A DNA stretch of 41,173 nucleotides, taken from positions 1-41,173 of the IMG/VR virus record IMGVR_UViG_3300029743_000012. One strand, written 5' to 3'. This DNA is from a virus. Shown here piece by piece: positions 9,013 to 18,602 of the stretch. Position 1 is the stretch's first letter. The number at the start of each line of letters is the position of its first letter. The notes under the pieces are model-generated. The model searched no databases. It had not been told where the DNA came from and was given only the letters and a program-made list of their open reading frames with translations. The position numbers and the translations under genes were made by a program.

Positions 9013-10244
9013 TGGTACATCTTTTGACTTACACAACCCGCCTCAGCAATGAGAGCGGGCACCGGCATATAGATGAAAACGGGTATCTCTTCGTTGACGA
9101 AAGCCCGATTTTGCGGTCAGGGATACTTGAATATCTGGGCAAAGAGCTGATAGATGGCGGCAGTCCGGATGTTGACGGAGAAGAGATAGACCCGGACAAG
9201 ATTTATAAGGTTTACATTTCTCCCATTGAGCTGGCCAAGGGGGCAGAGAGTTTCAAGCTTCTGCCTCTGGTCAACGGGCATGAATGGCTTGGCATGGACG
9301 GCGAAGACGCCAAAGGCCGGCAGGAAGGCTCAACGGGAGAACGCGCGGAAATCAAGGGGGATAAGCTTTTTGTCCCCCTTAAATTTACCGGCGACGGAAT
9401 TCTTGCCGACTTAAAAGACGGCAAAGAAGAGCTATCGGCGAGCTATACCAATAAATTGAGCAAATCTGGGGTATCTGATTATGATTTCATAGCTTCCGAT
9501 ATTAAGGGCAATCACATAGCCCTCGTGGAACGGGGTCGGTGCGGCTCCGATGTGAGAGTGTTAAATAACAAAATGGAGAAATCACAAATGAAGTCTAAAA
9601 ACGAAATGAAACTCGTTATTGACGGCAAGGAGATTGACCTCGGCAAATTTTTCGAGCAGGAAGCCGGAGAAGAAGCCCGCGAGGGCACTGGCGCAATCAC
9701 TGAAAGCGATAACGATTCTGTCGACAAAAGAAAGCTGATTGATGAAGTCGGCGGCATTTTGAAAGGAAAAGTCGACGAGGAACTCTGGCGCACCGTTATC
9801 GGCAAGCTGGAAAAGCTGGCCTACGACGGATCGGAAACATCCGAAAGCGACAATGAAGAACCGGAAAAACCGGAAGATCCTGCAATGGAAAACGAAGACG
9901 GCGAAGTGCTTAAAGGCGGAGAACACGCCTGTAAAGCGGCAAATTCCTTTGAGAAGATCTACACCAAGCTGTCAAACGCCTGGGCAAAAAAGGAAAAAGA
10001 CAGAAACGCCGGCCTGAAGCGTGCTTACAATGCGGCGAGTGCGGTTATCGGCGAGTTTAATCCGTTCGGTTTAACCGAGCGCGAAATGCTGGTCAAGGCT
10101 CTCAATCATCAGGGAATTGACACCGATAAGGAGAGCGTTCCCGAACTGTATGCCATGTTAAAAGTCTGCAACTCGCAGACTAAGGTGGACAACGGTTTTG
10201 ATTATGGCACCGGTGGTTCCGATGAAATTGAAATCAACATTTAA
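9012..10244 (+). CDS. Scaffold-like or prohead-protease-like protein with an acidic C-terminal region
   Basis: It lies between the MuF gene and the capsid gene. It has coiled, charged segments and an acidic stretch (ESDNEEPEKPEDPAMENEDGE). I recognised no catalytic motif. Confidence 0.4.
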   Translation: MVHLLTYTTRLSNESGHRHIDENGYLFVDESPILRSGILEYLGKELIDGGSPDVDGEEIDPDKIYKVYISPIELAKGAESFKLLPLVNGHEWLGMDGEDAKGRQEGSTGERAEIKGDKLFVPLKFTGDGILADLKDGKEELSASYTNKLSKSGVSDYDFIASDIKGNHIALVERGRCGSDVRVLNNKMEKSQMKSKNEMKLVIDGKEIDLGKFFEQEAGEEAREGTGAITESDNDSVDKRKLIDEVGGILKGKVDEELWRTVIGKLEKLAYDGSETSESDNEEPEKPEDPAMENEDGEVLKGGEHACKAANSFEKIYTKLSNAWAKKEKDRNAGLKRAYNAASAVIGEFNPFGLTEREMLVKALNHQGIDTDKESVPELYAMLKVCNSQTKVDNGFDYGTGGSDEIEINI

Positions 10245-10256
10245 GAGGAAAAAGAA

Positions 10257-10775
10257 ATGCAGAGTCAAGTATATATCAATCAGGCCTTAGGTCAGCCGGG
10301 AACGATCTCCCGTGAGAATCCGTGCGACAAGATTCCGGTTGTGGCAGAAGGCAGCGCGGTTGTAGCCGGCGGGTTTGTTTTTGAAGGTACTGACCCGGAA
10401 ATTCAGGTTATCGGCTGCAGCGCAGATACAGCTTCCAAAACGGCGGCCGATATTGCCGGCGTTGCCGTGCTGGAAGGTTTTCAGCTGGCGCTCGGCAATG
10501 TTACCGGGATGACCATTAACGAAAGACACGAACTGGCAAAAGTCCGCAAAGGTTATGTGTATGTTGTATCAAATACGGCGTCCGTCCACGATCAGAACGT
10601 TATCGTTAACCCGTCGACCGGTGTTATCGAAACCCAGAACATAACCTATACCACGACCGTTTCCGGAAGTTCTTTGAAAACCACAAGCAACATCAAATCC
10701 GGCTTTATTGATACCGGCTGGCTTGTGGAAACCGGGGGCGCTGCCGGTCAGGTTTGCGAAATCTATAAAATTTAA
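10257..10775 (+). CDS. Head-associated structural protein (decoration-like), hypothetical
   Basis: 172 aa with a strong RBS (AAGAGGAAAAAGAA-ATG). It sits immediately upstream of the capsid gene. Confidence 0.35.
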   Translation: MQSQVYINQALGQPGTISRENPCDKIPVVAEGSAVVAGGFVFEGTDPEIQVIGCSADTASKTAADIAGVAVLEGFQLALGNVTGMTINERHELAKVRKGYVYVVSNTASVHDQNVIVNPSTGVIETQNITYTTTVSGSSLKTTSNIKSGFIDTGWLVETGGAAGQVCEIYKI

Positions 10776-10786
10776 TGAGGAAAACC

Positions 10787-11860
10787 ATGAGTAAATATAA
10801 AGTCAACAACGGCGTGTCCATCAACCACGCCAGCAACCGGGATTTCTTAAAGGCGATGATGAAAAAAGGCATTATCGGCGTTGACAATGCCGCCGCTCCG
10901 GTAATCACTGCGCCTAACATCAACGCTCCCCTCGGTGCGCTTAACTACATTCGCCCGCAGGCGATTGAGATTCTGACCGCGCCGCGTGTGTCTGACGAGC
11001 TGGCCTCGCCGCAGAAAAACGGTACCTGGGGCGATGAATCGGTAACTATCAAGCTGAAAGAATATAAAGGTGCCACCCGTCCCGATGACGGACTGACCTC
11101 TGACGGTTTGCAGCAGAAGACAAACTATAGACCGGAGCTTCGCGGTATCTATTACTATACTACGGGCTGGATGTCGAACGACAGACAGGAAGCCGCTTCC
11201 GGCGCTTTTGCGGAAAACTATCGTGCAGATCAGGCGGAAGGCGCTATGCGCACCATGGCGATTGACCGCAACAACTTCTTCTTTTCCGGCGTTTCCTACA
11301 AAGGTTTGACCGTTTCGGTCTACGGGCTTTTGAACGAACCGAGCCTGCCGGTTTATGAAACCGTTTCCAACAACGCGGAAGGCAATTCGACCTACTGGCC
11401 TAATAAGGCTCCGGAAGAAATTTTCAACGATATTGTGGCCGGTGTCAACCAGTTGTATGTCCAGTCCAACGGTATTGTACAAGATGAGCTGAAAAACGGC
11501 GAAATCATTTTGGCTGTTGCCACCGGTTCTCTCGGCAACCTTGACCGTGCTAACGTTTATGGCAAGACTGCACGGGCAATGCTGAAGGAAACCTACGGCG
11601 AGAAACTGAAGATTGTTGCCGTTCCGCAGTTTAACAATGCCGACAGCAATTCGGACGTCTTCTATATCATCTTCAACATGGGCGGCAGCATTGCAACGCT
11701 GCTGAACTCCTATGTTGAGATGGCAAAAGCTTATCCGATCTTCCAGAAGGACAGCGTTGTTTCGCAGAAGATCAGCGCGGCCACTTCCGGCTGTATTGTC
11801 CAGTATCCGTGGGCGGTTGTTCGTTATAACGGCATCGGCAAAACGGTTATTGCTGCTTAA
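10787..11860 (+). CDS. Major capsid protein (putative)
   Basis: ~357 aa in the canonical position. Codon usage is highly biased towards C at the third position. GAGGAAA RBS before ATG 10787. An alternative ATG at 10775 overlaps the upstream stop. Confidence 0.55.
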   Translation: MSKYKVNNGVSINHASNRDFLKAMMKKGIIGVDNAAAPVITAPNINAPLGALNYIRPQAIEILTAPRVSDELASPQKNGTWGDESVTIKLKEYKGATRPDDGLTSDGLQQKTNYRPELRGIYYYTTGWMSNDRQEAASGAFAENYRADQAEGAMRTMAIDRNNFFFSGVSYKGLTVSVYGLLNEPSLPVYETVSNNAEGNSTYWPNKAPEEIFNDIVAGVNQLYVQSNGIVQDELKNGEIILAVATGSLGNLDRANVYGKTARAMLKETYGEKLKIVAVPQFNNADSNSDVFYIIFNMGGSIATLLNSYVEMAKAYPIFQKDSVVSQKISAATSGCIVQYPWAVVRYNGIGKTVIAA

Positions 11861-11907
11861 AAACAGGGAGGGCAAACCCCTCCCTTAACTTTTAAGGAGA
11901 AAAGAAA

Positions 11908-12243
11908 ATGATGACGATTGTAAAAATGGGCACCAATCCGTCGGGGTTTCGTTTGTCTGGCGGAAAGTTCATAAATTTGAATGTTTTTCCAGCGGTAAAC
12001 GATTTGGAAGACGGCGATTTTGAACTGCTGATGAAAGAATATGGTCATTTTATCAAAGAACGCACCTATTCCGACAAAAACCTGACCGGTTGCTTTGTGA
12101 TCCACGAAAAACGCGACTATGCTTCGGAAGCGGCGGAAGAAAACGGCGGGGAGAACAAAGACGGTTCCGCGCCGATAGAAGTTCCCGTGCCGATAGAAGC
12201 TGCGGAAGGAAACAAGGGTAAAAGAAAAGGCAAAGAGAAATGA
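11908..12243 (+). CDS. Hypothetical protein (head-tail region)
   Basis: AAGGAGAAAAGAAA-ATG RBS. Confidence 0.4.
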   Translation: MMTIVKMGTNPSGFRLSGGKFINLNVFPAVNDLEDGDFELLMKEYGHFIKERTYSDKNLTGCFVIHEKRDYASEAAEENGGENKDGSAPIEVPVPIEAAEGNKGKRKGKEK

Positions 12244-12650
12244 TAATCACCGTTGACAATGACACGTTTCGCAAATGGTTTCCTTATTTCAAAGATGCCG
12301 CTGACGAGAGCATACAGGCATCTTATGAGGGCGCAGGCAGTCTGATAGCGCTTGAAACCGGTGTTATCTGCCTGAGCGCAAAAAGCCAGATGCGTGGCGT
12401 GTATCTGGCAACGGCTCATTTGCTTTATCTTTCAATGAATCCGGACAAGGCGGCGTCGGCCAACCTGTCGAGTGCGTCTGAGGGCAGCGTTTCAGCATCG
12501 TTTCAGCTTTATTCCGACCCGTGGCGGCGATATTTGAGCCTGTCGCCTTATGGGACAGAGCTTTTGGCGTTGTTGTCGACGGTTCAGCCGCCGTTGCCCG
12601 AAAAACCGATTAATGTTTTACCTTATTATAATTCGGTAGGTTTCAGATGA
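12240..12650 (+). CDS. Hypothetical head-tail connector/adaptor candidate
   Basis: Translationally coupled: ATGA overlap with the upstream stop. Confidence 0.4.
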   Translation: MIITVDNDTFRKWFPYFKDAADESIQASYEGAGSLIALETGVICLSAKSQMRGVYLATAHLLYLSMNPDKAASANLSSASEGSVSASFQLYSDPWRRYLSLSPYGTELLALLSTVQPPLPEKPINVLPYYNSVGFR

Positions 12651-13141
12651 TTAAAATAAAAACCGATTTCCGGGCTGTCAATCGTATGCTGAAAGGCTTG
12701 AAAAAAGAGCTCGGTAAAGGCAAAAACGGTGCCAAAGCCGGTTATGTGAAGGGGCAGCCGAGAAAACCGGGCGACGGTGAAACATCCGCCCCGGCAACAA
12801 TGGACGAAGTCGCGCTTTTTAACGAGTTTGGCACGGCAACTATCCCGCCGCGTCCGTTTTTACGAAACGCGCAGAAAAAAGCGGCCGAGAGGGGCGGGGA
12901 GATTGTTCAGTCCGGCCTTAACGCCGGTTTGTCGATGGGCGCGATTATGAAGAACGTCGCTGAGGGTTTGCAAGATTTGATTGTTGAAAGTATTGAAGAC
13001 AACATTCCGCCGCCGAATGCCGAATCGACGGTTGCCAAAAAAGGCAGCTCGCATACGTTAATTGATACCAGCCAGCTGCGTGCGTCAGTTCGGCGGGCGT
13101 CGATTGTCGACGGTAAAGAAAAGATGTTGGGAGAAAATTAA
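12647..13141 (+). CDS. HK97 gp10-like head-tail joining / tail-component protein
   Basis: The IPPRPFL motif is present (TATIPPRPFLRNAQ). This motif is characteristic of the HK97 gp10 family. Confidence 0.5.
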   Translation: MIKIKTDFRAVNRMLKGLKKELGKGKNGAKAGYVKGQPRKPGDGETSAPATMDEVALFNEFGTATIPPRPFLRNAQKKAAERGGEIVQSGLNAGLSMGAIMKNVAEGLQDLIVESIEDNIPPPNAESTVAKKGSSHTLIDTSQLRASVRRASIVDGKEKMLGEN

Positions 13142-13143
13142 AA

Positions 13144-13548
13144 ATGTCCTTAAACCTGCACAACATCGTCGGCGAGGCGTTGACGGTCGTCAACGACTGG
13201 CAGGATTTGGTGTTTACCAAAACTACGGTTGAGTGGCTGCCGTCTTCGCGTGAACCGGTCAAAACGCAAACCAAAATGACGGTGCGCGGCAAAATTCAGC
13301 CGGCAAGCCTTCAGGAGCTGCGGGAAACCGGTTTTAATTTGCAGGAATACCAGTATTTCAAAGTCTTTATTACCGGCGATCCGACGCAGCTGGACAGGCT
13401 CCGTCAGTTCGGTTCTGATACTTTTACATGCCAAGGATATAGCTATCAAATTGTTGCCAAAGAGGCATGGGACGATGCCGGCTGGCGTGAGGCTTACGCT
13501 TACCGGGTGGATTATGAGGGAGAAAATGACGGAAACGCAAATTTATGA
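13144..13548 (+). CDS. Hypothetical tail-completion-like protein
   Basis: Lies in the coupled operon between head and tail genes. Confidence 0.4.
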   Translation: MSLNLHNIVGEALTVVNDWQDLVFTKTTVEWLPSSREPVKTQTKMTVRGKIQPASLQELRETGFNLQEYQYFKVFITGDPTQLDRLRQFGSDTFTCQGYSYQIVAKEAWDDAGWREAYAYRVDYEGENDGNANL

Positions 13549-14017
13549 TTACCTGCAAAGCCTGATGCCAAGTTTGCAGTTCGTCAATCCTTATACGGAT
13601 TCCGTACCGCTGCCAAAAAAAGGCGATTTTGCCACTTTTAATATCTTAAGTGTTGAGGACAGAGGCTGGAGCCAAGACCGGCAGACGGGATATGACGCGG
13701 AAACGGGAACGGTCGGGGTTGCCTGGGACGTGCAGCGGATTTACCGGGTGCAGATTGACTTTTACGGGGAAAACGCTTTTTACAACGCGACCGTGTTCAA
13801 ACAGACGCTTCAGGTCAATCTGGCGCAGAAATACGGGCCGGCGGACTTAAAACAGCTTTCTCCCATCCGCAACCTAAGCTTTTTGCAGGAAAACAAACAA
13901 TGGCTAAGGCGATACAATTTTGACGCCGAGGTCTTTATAGTCGATACGGTGGAGCAAACTTCGCCGGTTATTGAAACCGCCACGGTCAAAATCGTAAACC
14001 GCGGCAATAACGCTTAA
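13526..14017 (+). CDS. Hypothetical tail protein
   Basis: Start taken at ATG 13526 (GAGGGAG RBS), which overlaps the upstream ORF. The longer listed ORF (from 13451) would overlap by ~100 nt. Confidence 0.4.
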   Translation: MTETQIYDYLQSLMPSLQFVNPYTDSVPLPKKGDFATFNILSVEDRGWSQDRQTGYDAETGTVGVAWDVQRIYRVQIDFYGENAFYNATVFKQTLQVNLAQKYGPADLKQLSPIRNLSFLQENKQWLRRYNFDAEVFIVDTVEQTSPVIETATVKIVNRGNNA

Positions 14018-14034
14018 CAAAAGGAAGAAAAAGA

Positions 14035-15603
14035 ATGAGTTTACCTTTTTATAAATTTGTACCGATTACCGGCTCGGTTGTTGCGCCTGCGTTTACGACC
14101 GAAAAAAAGCACGCTCTTTTGGCGACAACCAACTCGCTGATTTCAAGCGGCGACAAATATCTGGTCTATTCCGGCATGTCGGCATTAACTAACTTTGCCG
14201 CCGAACTTGGTTCTGAAGGTGCAGATTATCAGTTTGCGCAAAAGTATTTCGGCTTTCTTTCAAAATCAGGTTACGGCGTACAGAAACTTCTGGTTGCCCG
14301 CTGGTATAAAGAAGCGGCGGCGGCTTTTATTAAAGGTTCCAAGCCCGAACCGGTGGCAACCTTAAAAGCCGTCAGCAACGGCTCTTTCGGTATTACACTT
14401 GACAATCAGCAGTTTGAGGTAGTTGTCGATTTCAGTTCAATCACCAGCTATTCTGACGCCGCTACTGTCATTCAGACCGCTATTCGAGCCAATTCCGGCG
14501 GCGGCGAGGCCTATACGGCGGCAACTGTTGACTACAACACAACGGTCAATGCCTTTATTATCAATTCCGGCTCAACCGGGCAACAGTCTAGCGTCGGAAC
14601 GGTAACGGCCGGAATAACCGGCACGGACGTCAGCGCGATGCTGGGGCTTTCCGGTGCGATATTGTCGCAAGGAGCTAACGCGGAAACTTTCGCCGAGTTC
14701 TGCGACCGTATGTTACAGGCCAACAGCGGGGCTTTTTCCGTTACCACCAACGAGGAACTGGACGAAGACAGCATCACCGCTGCGGTTGCCTGGCTGCAGG
14801 GCGTCTTGGGCGGAGAACAGACGATTTATACGTTGAACCGTCTTGTTTTCAACATTTCCGATCTGGAAACGGCCAAAGCGCTGCAATCTTCTCTTTCCTC
14901 GTTGTCCTATACCGGCTATGTTGTTTGCTATGATCCGAACAATGAGCTTGTACATGCGCTTGACTGCGCTATCTGCGCGGCGATTGATTTTAATGTGGCA
15001 AACGGGGCAATCAACTTCAATTTCCAACCGGCAACCGGCTATACGCCGATTACAACGTTGGGAACGGTTATTGATTATCAGCAGGGCAAAACCAACATGA
15101 GTCTTGCCGAAGAACTGGACAGCCTTTGCATTTCCTATATCTATTCGGTCGGGTTTGGTGATCAGGAGCAGGTTCTTTACGGCATGGGTTTAATGCAAGG
15201 TGATTTTGGAACTGAGGACGTACAGGTCAATGAAAGCTGGCTTGAAAATGACCTGCAAACCCGTATCATGAACGGCTTTATCAGTCTTGAAAAGCTTAAA
15301 TTGCAGGGAACGGATGCCCGCGACTTCATGGCCTCGATCATTGCGCCGTCTTTTGAGCAGGGGCAGACAAACGGGGCTATTGCCTATAACGGAACGTTGA
15401 GCGACACCGACCGCAACAGCATTGTTACGGCAACCGGCAATTCGGCGGCGGCAGATTCCGTTGCGGACAACGGTTATTATTACCAGATTCAGGAACTGAC
15501 AGCGGAAGACATTGCCGCGCACCGGGTTCGCATTCTGGCCTGCTATCTCTGCGGCGGGGTGGTTAACAAAGTGGTAATTACCAACAGAATTTACGGAGCG
15601 TAA
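14035..15603 (+). CDS. Contractile tail sheath protein (XkdK-like)
   Basis: 522 aa, directly followed by a ~150-aa tube-like gene. AAGGAAGAAAAAGA-ATG RBS. Confidence 0.6.
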   Translation: MSLPFYKFVPITGSVVAPAFTTEKKHALLATTNSLISSGDKYLVYSGMSALTNFAAELGSEGADYQFAQKYFGFLSKSGYGVQKLLVARWYKEAAAAFIKGSKPEPVATLKAVSNGSFGITLDNQQFEVVVDFSSITSYSDAATVIQTAIRANSGGGEAYTAATVDYNTTVNAFIINSGSTGQQSSVGTVTAGITGTDVSAMLGLSGAILSQGANAETFAEFCDRMLQANSGAFSVTTNEELDEDSITAAVAWLQGVLGGEQTIYTLNRLVFNISDLETAKALQSSLSSLSYTGYVVCYDPNNELVHALDCAICAAIDFNVANGAINFNFQPATGYTPITTLGTVIDYQQGKTNMSLAEELDSLCISYIYSVGFGDQEQVLYGMGLMQGDFGTEDVQVNESWLENDLQTRIMNGFISLEKLKLQGTDARDFMASIIAPSFEQGQTNGAIAYNGTLSDTDRNSIVTATGNSAAADSVADNGYYYQIQELTAEDIAAHRVRILACYLCGGVVNKVVITNRIYGA

Positions 15604-15607
15604 AAAC

Positions 15608-16066
15608 ATGACAGATATTTCAACCAACAAAGTCGGTTTTAAGAACTTAACTTATACGTTAACTGCGCTGCCTCTGGTTCCTTATATTAAACTTGAGGGG
15701 TTCGGTGCGGAAGGCGTACAGTGGGAACGTCCGCAGCCGGCGGTCGCCCGTCTGGGAGCGGATGCCAAAGGCGTCGTCAACCAAAAGGCGGTGATGTATG
15801 TTTGCACCATATCTCTGCTGCCGACGTCAAACTCAAGGCTGGCGCTTGACAACCTGATCAATTTGACAACTCCAAAGTACGGCAAGGATTTGTCCGATTA
15901 TACGGTAGTTATGACGGTAACCAACAACACCACCGGAACCAAAACGGTCTATACCGGCGGCACCATCACCGAGGTGGACGGCGGCGACAACGCCAATTTG
16001 GACGACGGTCAGCAGGACAAAACCTATCAGTTCACCTTCTTTGACCGGGTAATTATGCCGGCCTAG
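15608..16066 (+). CDS. Tail tube protein (XkdM-like)
   Basis: 152 aa immediately after the sheath gene. Confidence 0.55.
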   Translation: MTDISTNKVGFKNLTYTLTALPLVPYIKLEGFGAEGVQWERPQPAVARLGADAKGVVNQKAVMYVCTISLLPTSNSRLALDNLINLTTPKYGKDLSDYTVVMTVTNNTTGTKTVYTGGTITEVDGGDNANLDDGQQDKTYQFTFFDRVIMPA

Positions 16067-16309
16067 GAAAAAGGAGTTGCCAAGCAATCCTCGACAACTC
16101 CCTTGTTCTCGTCTATCGTTTAACAGACAAGAAGATTCGGATTTTCCGAATGATAATAATAAATTTTATTATCATGACTTTCCTTTCAGCCCTTACGGGC
16201 GGTTGGAAAGGGGAAAACCCAAAACCTATTGACATTTTATGTAAAATAGGTTACCTTTAACTCATGAAGTGGTTAAAAGTGGGTTTAACCCCTTTCTGAG
16301 TTAACAAAA

Positions 16310-16341
16310 CATCCAGTGCTGCAACACTGGATGTTTTTCTT
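16310..16341 (+). terminator. Rho-independent terminator. Stem CATCCAGTG, loop CTGCAA, stem CACTGGATG, then TTTTTCTT.
   Basis: Perfect 9-bp stem plus a T-run. The listed ORF 16316..16792 begins inside this hairpin. Confidence 0.6.
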
Positions 16342-16411
16342 ATATAATATACATTTTTTACAGTCAAGCTCTGCCGGCAATCGTCGGCGGGGCTTTTTTT
16401 CGGAGTTTTCA

Positions 16412-16792
16412 ATGGAAACAATAAAAAAAATAACTATCAAAGATTTGGACGGGCAAAAGCTGACGTTTTCCGTCCGCCTTTTTGACGCGCTTGACGGTAT
16501 TGATTTTGTCGACCGCTATGTCAGTTCCAAAGATAAATCAATCAAACCTTTTTTGGCAGATCTGCTTCCGTTGGCGACGCTTTTGGATGCGAGCGGGCAA
16601 AATGCCGTTGACACAATGAGCCTGGAAAAAGTCAACACTTATTTTCAAAATCCGTTGGCGGTTATTGAGTTGGGGCTTGCCATTTTGGAGCATCAAAAGG
16701 TTTTTATGAAAGAATCCGAAGTCTTCCGGCCGTTTCTCGCCATTCTCGAAAAGAAGTCGGCTTTTCCGATTTCGGATTCTCAAATTGCATAG
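16412..16792 (+). CDS. Tail assembly chaperone (XkdN/gpG-like). The -1 frame stays open to 16935, which makes this a candidate G-T-type frameshift.
   Basis: The ATG at 16412 has a GGAG RBS 7 nt upstream. The gene lies between the tube and tape-measure genes. The -1 frame is open from 16669 to 16935, overlapping the last ~40 codons. Confidence 0.45.
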   Translation: METIKKITIKDLDGQKLTFSVRLFDALDGIDFVDRYVSSKDKSIKPFLADLLPLATLLDASGQNAVDTMSLEKVNTYFQNPLAVIELGLAILEHQKVFMKESEVFRPFLAILEKKSAFPISDSQIA

Positions 16793-16931
16793 GGAATATC
16801 TTAAAACCGGAAGTTTCAATAACCGAGTTAAAACAGATGGACTTAGGCGACCTGTATCTTGCCAATCTGGCCGCTTATGTCCGCGCACAAAACGAAATTG
16901 CCGCCTGTAACCGGGCAAAGGATAAAGCAAA

Positions 16932-17309
16932 ATGATTGTCATTTCCATCAGCACGGCCGCGCGTCTGATCAAAATTGACACGCGCTTTGCCACGTTCAAC
17001 GAATGGAAAGAGGAAAACCACCCGCGTGACGGAGAGGGCAAGTTTGCATCAACCGGGGGCGGCAAAGCGAGCAAGAAAGAAGTTGCAAAAGTTGTCAAAA
17101 AAGGTAAAATTAAAAAAATACCCCGTCAGGGGATAAATCTTTCAAAACAAGAGTATGGCCTTTTACATCATTCTTTGAACGAATATGTATCTAATCATCA
17201 AGAAAAAATAGGGTCAATTATTACTTGGGAAGCGGATAATTATCTTTATACTGTTTTAATAGAGGACTATAATGAATACGTTCCACTTTTTAAAAAGGAA
17301 ATTGATTGA
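16932..17309 (+). CDS. Hypothetical protein with an HPRD-GKF motif (WKEENHPRDGEGKF). The 5' half is GC-rich and the 3' half is AT-rich.
   Basis: ORF with a compositional break near 17090. The start overlaps the end of the -1 frame extension of the chaperone. Confidence 0.4.
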   Translation: MIVISISTAARLIKIDTRFATFNEWKEENHPRDGEGKFASTGGGKASKKEVAKVVKKGKIKKIPRQGINLSKQEYGLLHHSLNEYVSNHQEKIGSIITWEADNYLYTVLIEDYNEYVPLFKKEID

Positions 17310-17543
17310 ATGATAAGCGAGAAATTAAAGAAGCAACTTCAAGAGGTTCACGCAAGAGAACAGGATTCTTTTCACACGGAAGAGCAATTTATTCGAGCTG
17401 TTTTTGCCGGTTGTGATACGGATGAAAAAAAACAAAAACTGTCCGGTATATTGGAAAAATGGGAGCTAACCGACAGTGATGTTTTGCTGGCCTCTTTGGA
17501 TATATCCGAAGGTCTAGAACCAGAGATTGAAGAAGTTTCTTGA
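17310..17543 (+). CDS. Hypothetical acidic protein (AT-rich moron gene)
   Basis: 77 aa, ATGA-coupled to the upstream gene. Confidence 0.35.
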   Translation: MISEKLKKQLQEVHAREQDSFHTEEQFIRAVFAGCDTDEKKQKLSGILEKWELTDSDVLLASLDISEGLEPEIEEVS

Positions 17544-17605
17544 TTTTTGTGAAAAATATGTATATTTTTTATATGAAAGGTTGTTAACACTTTATTAACA
17601 TTTGG

Positions 17606-17633
17606 TTGATTTTTTTTGTTTTTTATGTATAAT
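17606..17633 (+). promoter_or_regulatory. Sigma70-like promoter. TTGATT, a 16-nt spacer, then TATAAT. It drives the Panacea-domain/toxin gene pair.
   Basis: Read directly. Followed by an AAGAGGGG RBS and ATG 17656. Confidence 0.55.
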
Positions 17634-17655
17634 ATACATAAAAAAGAGGGGAAGC

Positions 17656-18183
17656 ATGTTTTCATCAAATAAAATATTGCAAGAAGTTTCTTATCTGCTG
17701 TCATTAAACGGCAATAGAATGAATTTGCTTAAACTGATGAAAGAACTTTATCTGATTGATCGCCTTTCTATTGAAGAAAGGGAATCGTCTGTTTCAGGTG
17801 ATGTATTTTTCAGCATGAAGCATGGCCCGGTATTAAGCCAGACCCTTAATATGTGCTATGATTTACCGAATAATGAATGGGGTGAATATTTAGATCAGAT
17901 CACAGCTCCGTTTTATCCTGATATTGCAGTAAAAAAGACAATAGAAACCGGTCTTTTGAGTGCGAAAGAAAAGGAATATATTGAAAAAGTTTCTGCTCAG
18001 TTTATGAACTATAGTCCTCGGCAATTAGAAGACTATACTCATAAGTTACCAGAGTGGGCTCCCTTAACATCAGGTAGAAAAAAAATAAGGTTTTCTGATA
18101 TTATGCGAGCACTGGGAAGAAGTGAAAAAGAAATAGCCGAAGCCAAAGCAGAATACGAAGCGTTTAATTCTTTTTGTGAGTAG
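17656..18183 (+). CDS. Panacea-domain (DUF4065, PanA/SocA/GepA-like) protein. Putative antitoxin or defence-associated protein.
   Basis: NRMNLLKLMKELYLIDRLSIEE...GDVFFSMKHGPVLSQ matches the Panacea-domain pattern (KLQKLLY...GPV). Confidence 0.55.
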   Translation: MFSSNKILQEVSYLLSLNGNRMNLLKLMKELYLIDRLSIEERESSVSGDVFFSMKHGPVLSQTLNMCYDLPNNEWGEYLDQITAPFYPDIAVKKTIETGLLSAKEKEYIEKVSAQFMNYSPRQLEDYTHKLPEWAPLTSGRKKIRFSDIMRALGRSEKEIAEAKAEYEAFNSFCE

Positions 18184-18191
18184 GCAGCTAA

Positions 18192-18602
18192 ATGGATTAC
18201 AAAGGTTATTGTCTTTGGGCTTCGGATGTTCCTGCTATAGGAGTTCCTCATTATGTTATTGTTTCTTCGGGAAGGGATGATGACGACAATTATTTAATTG
18301 TAGCAATATCTTCAATAAAATATAAGCCGGATGGGACGCCGCGTTATTTTGATGAATCTTGTGTGATAAATGTTGATGATTTGAAAGATGAAAACGGTAA
18401 TAATATCTTAAATAAGCCGTCTTTTGCCCGTTATCAGTATTCATGTGTAAAAAGCGGTAAAGAACTGTTGCAAAAACAAATAAGCCGTGGCTATTCTTGC
18501 AAATGTAAAGTAAGCGAGGAATTGCTGAGGCGTATCCAAAAAGGCGCCATGATTTCAAAAGATTTGCCTGACGACTATAAAAGGTTTTTTGCTTACTTTT
18601 AA
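18192..18602 (+). CDS. PemK/MazF-like toxin candidate (putative PanT partner)
   Basis: GYCLWASDVPAIGVPHYVIVSS...NYLIVAISS resembles the PemK/MazF pattern (GDI..V.F.P..G.E...RPALVVS......VIVVPITS). The gene is tightly linked downstream of the Panacea gene. A terminator-like hairpin CTTGAA..TTCAAG plus a T-run follows at 18605..18650. Confidence 0.4.
   Translation: MDYKGYCLWASDVPAIGVPHYVIVSSGRDDDDNYLIVAISSIKYKPDGTPRYFDESCVINVDDLKDENGNNILNKPSFARYQYSCVKSGKELLQKQISRGYSCKCKVSEELLRRIQKGAMISKDLPDDYKRFFAYF

Noticed and set aside
10847-11875. 342-aa antisense ORF opposite the major capsid gene
   Set aside because: It arises from the strong GC3 bias of the capsid gene. The capsid-strand frame has the RBS and the operon context.
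16316-16411. The longer listed start of the chaperone ORF at 16316
   Set aside because: It begins inside the terminator hairpin with a GTG codon. The ATG at 16412, with its GGAG RBS, is the plausible start.
17602-17655. The longer listed start of ORF 17602..18183 (MVDFFCFLCIIYIKKRGS...)
   Set aside because: That N-terminal extension is the read-through of the TTGATT/TATAAT promoter and AT-rich leader. The ATG at 17656 has the RBS.
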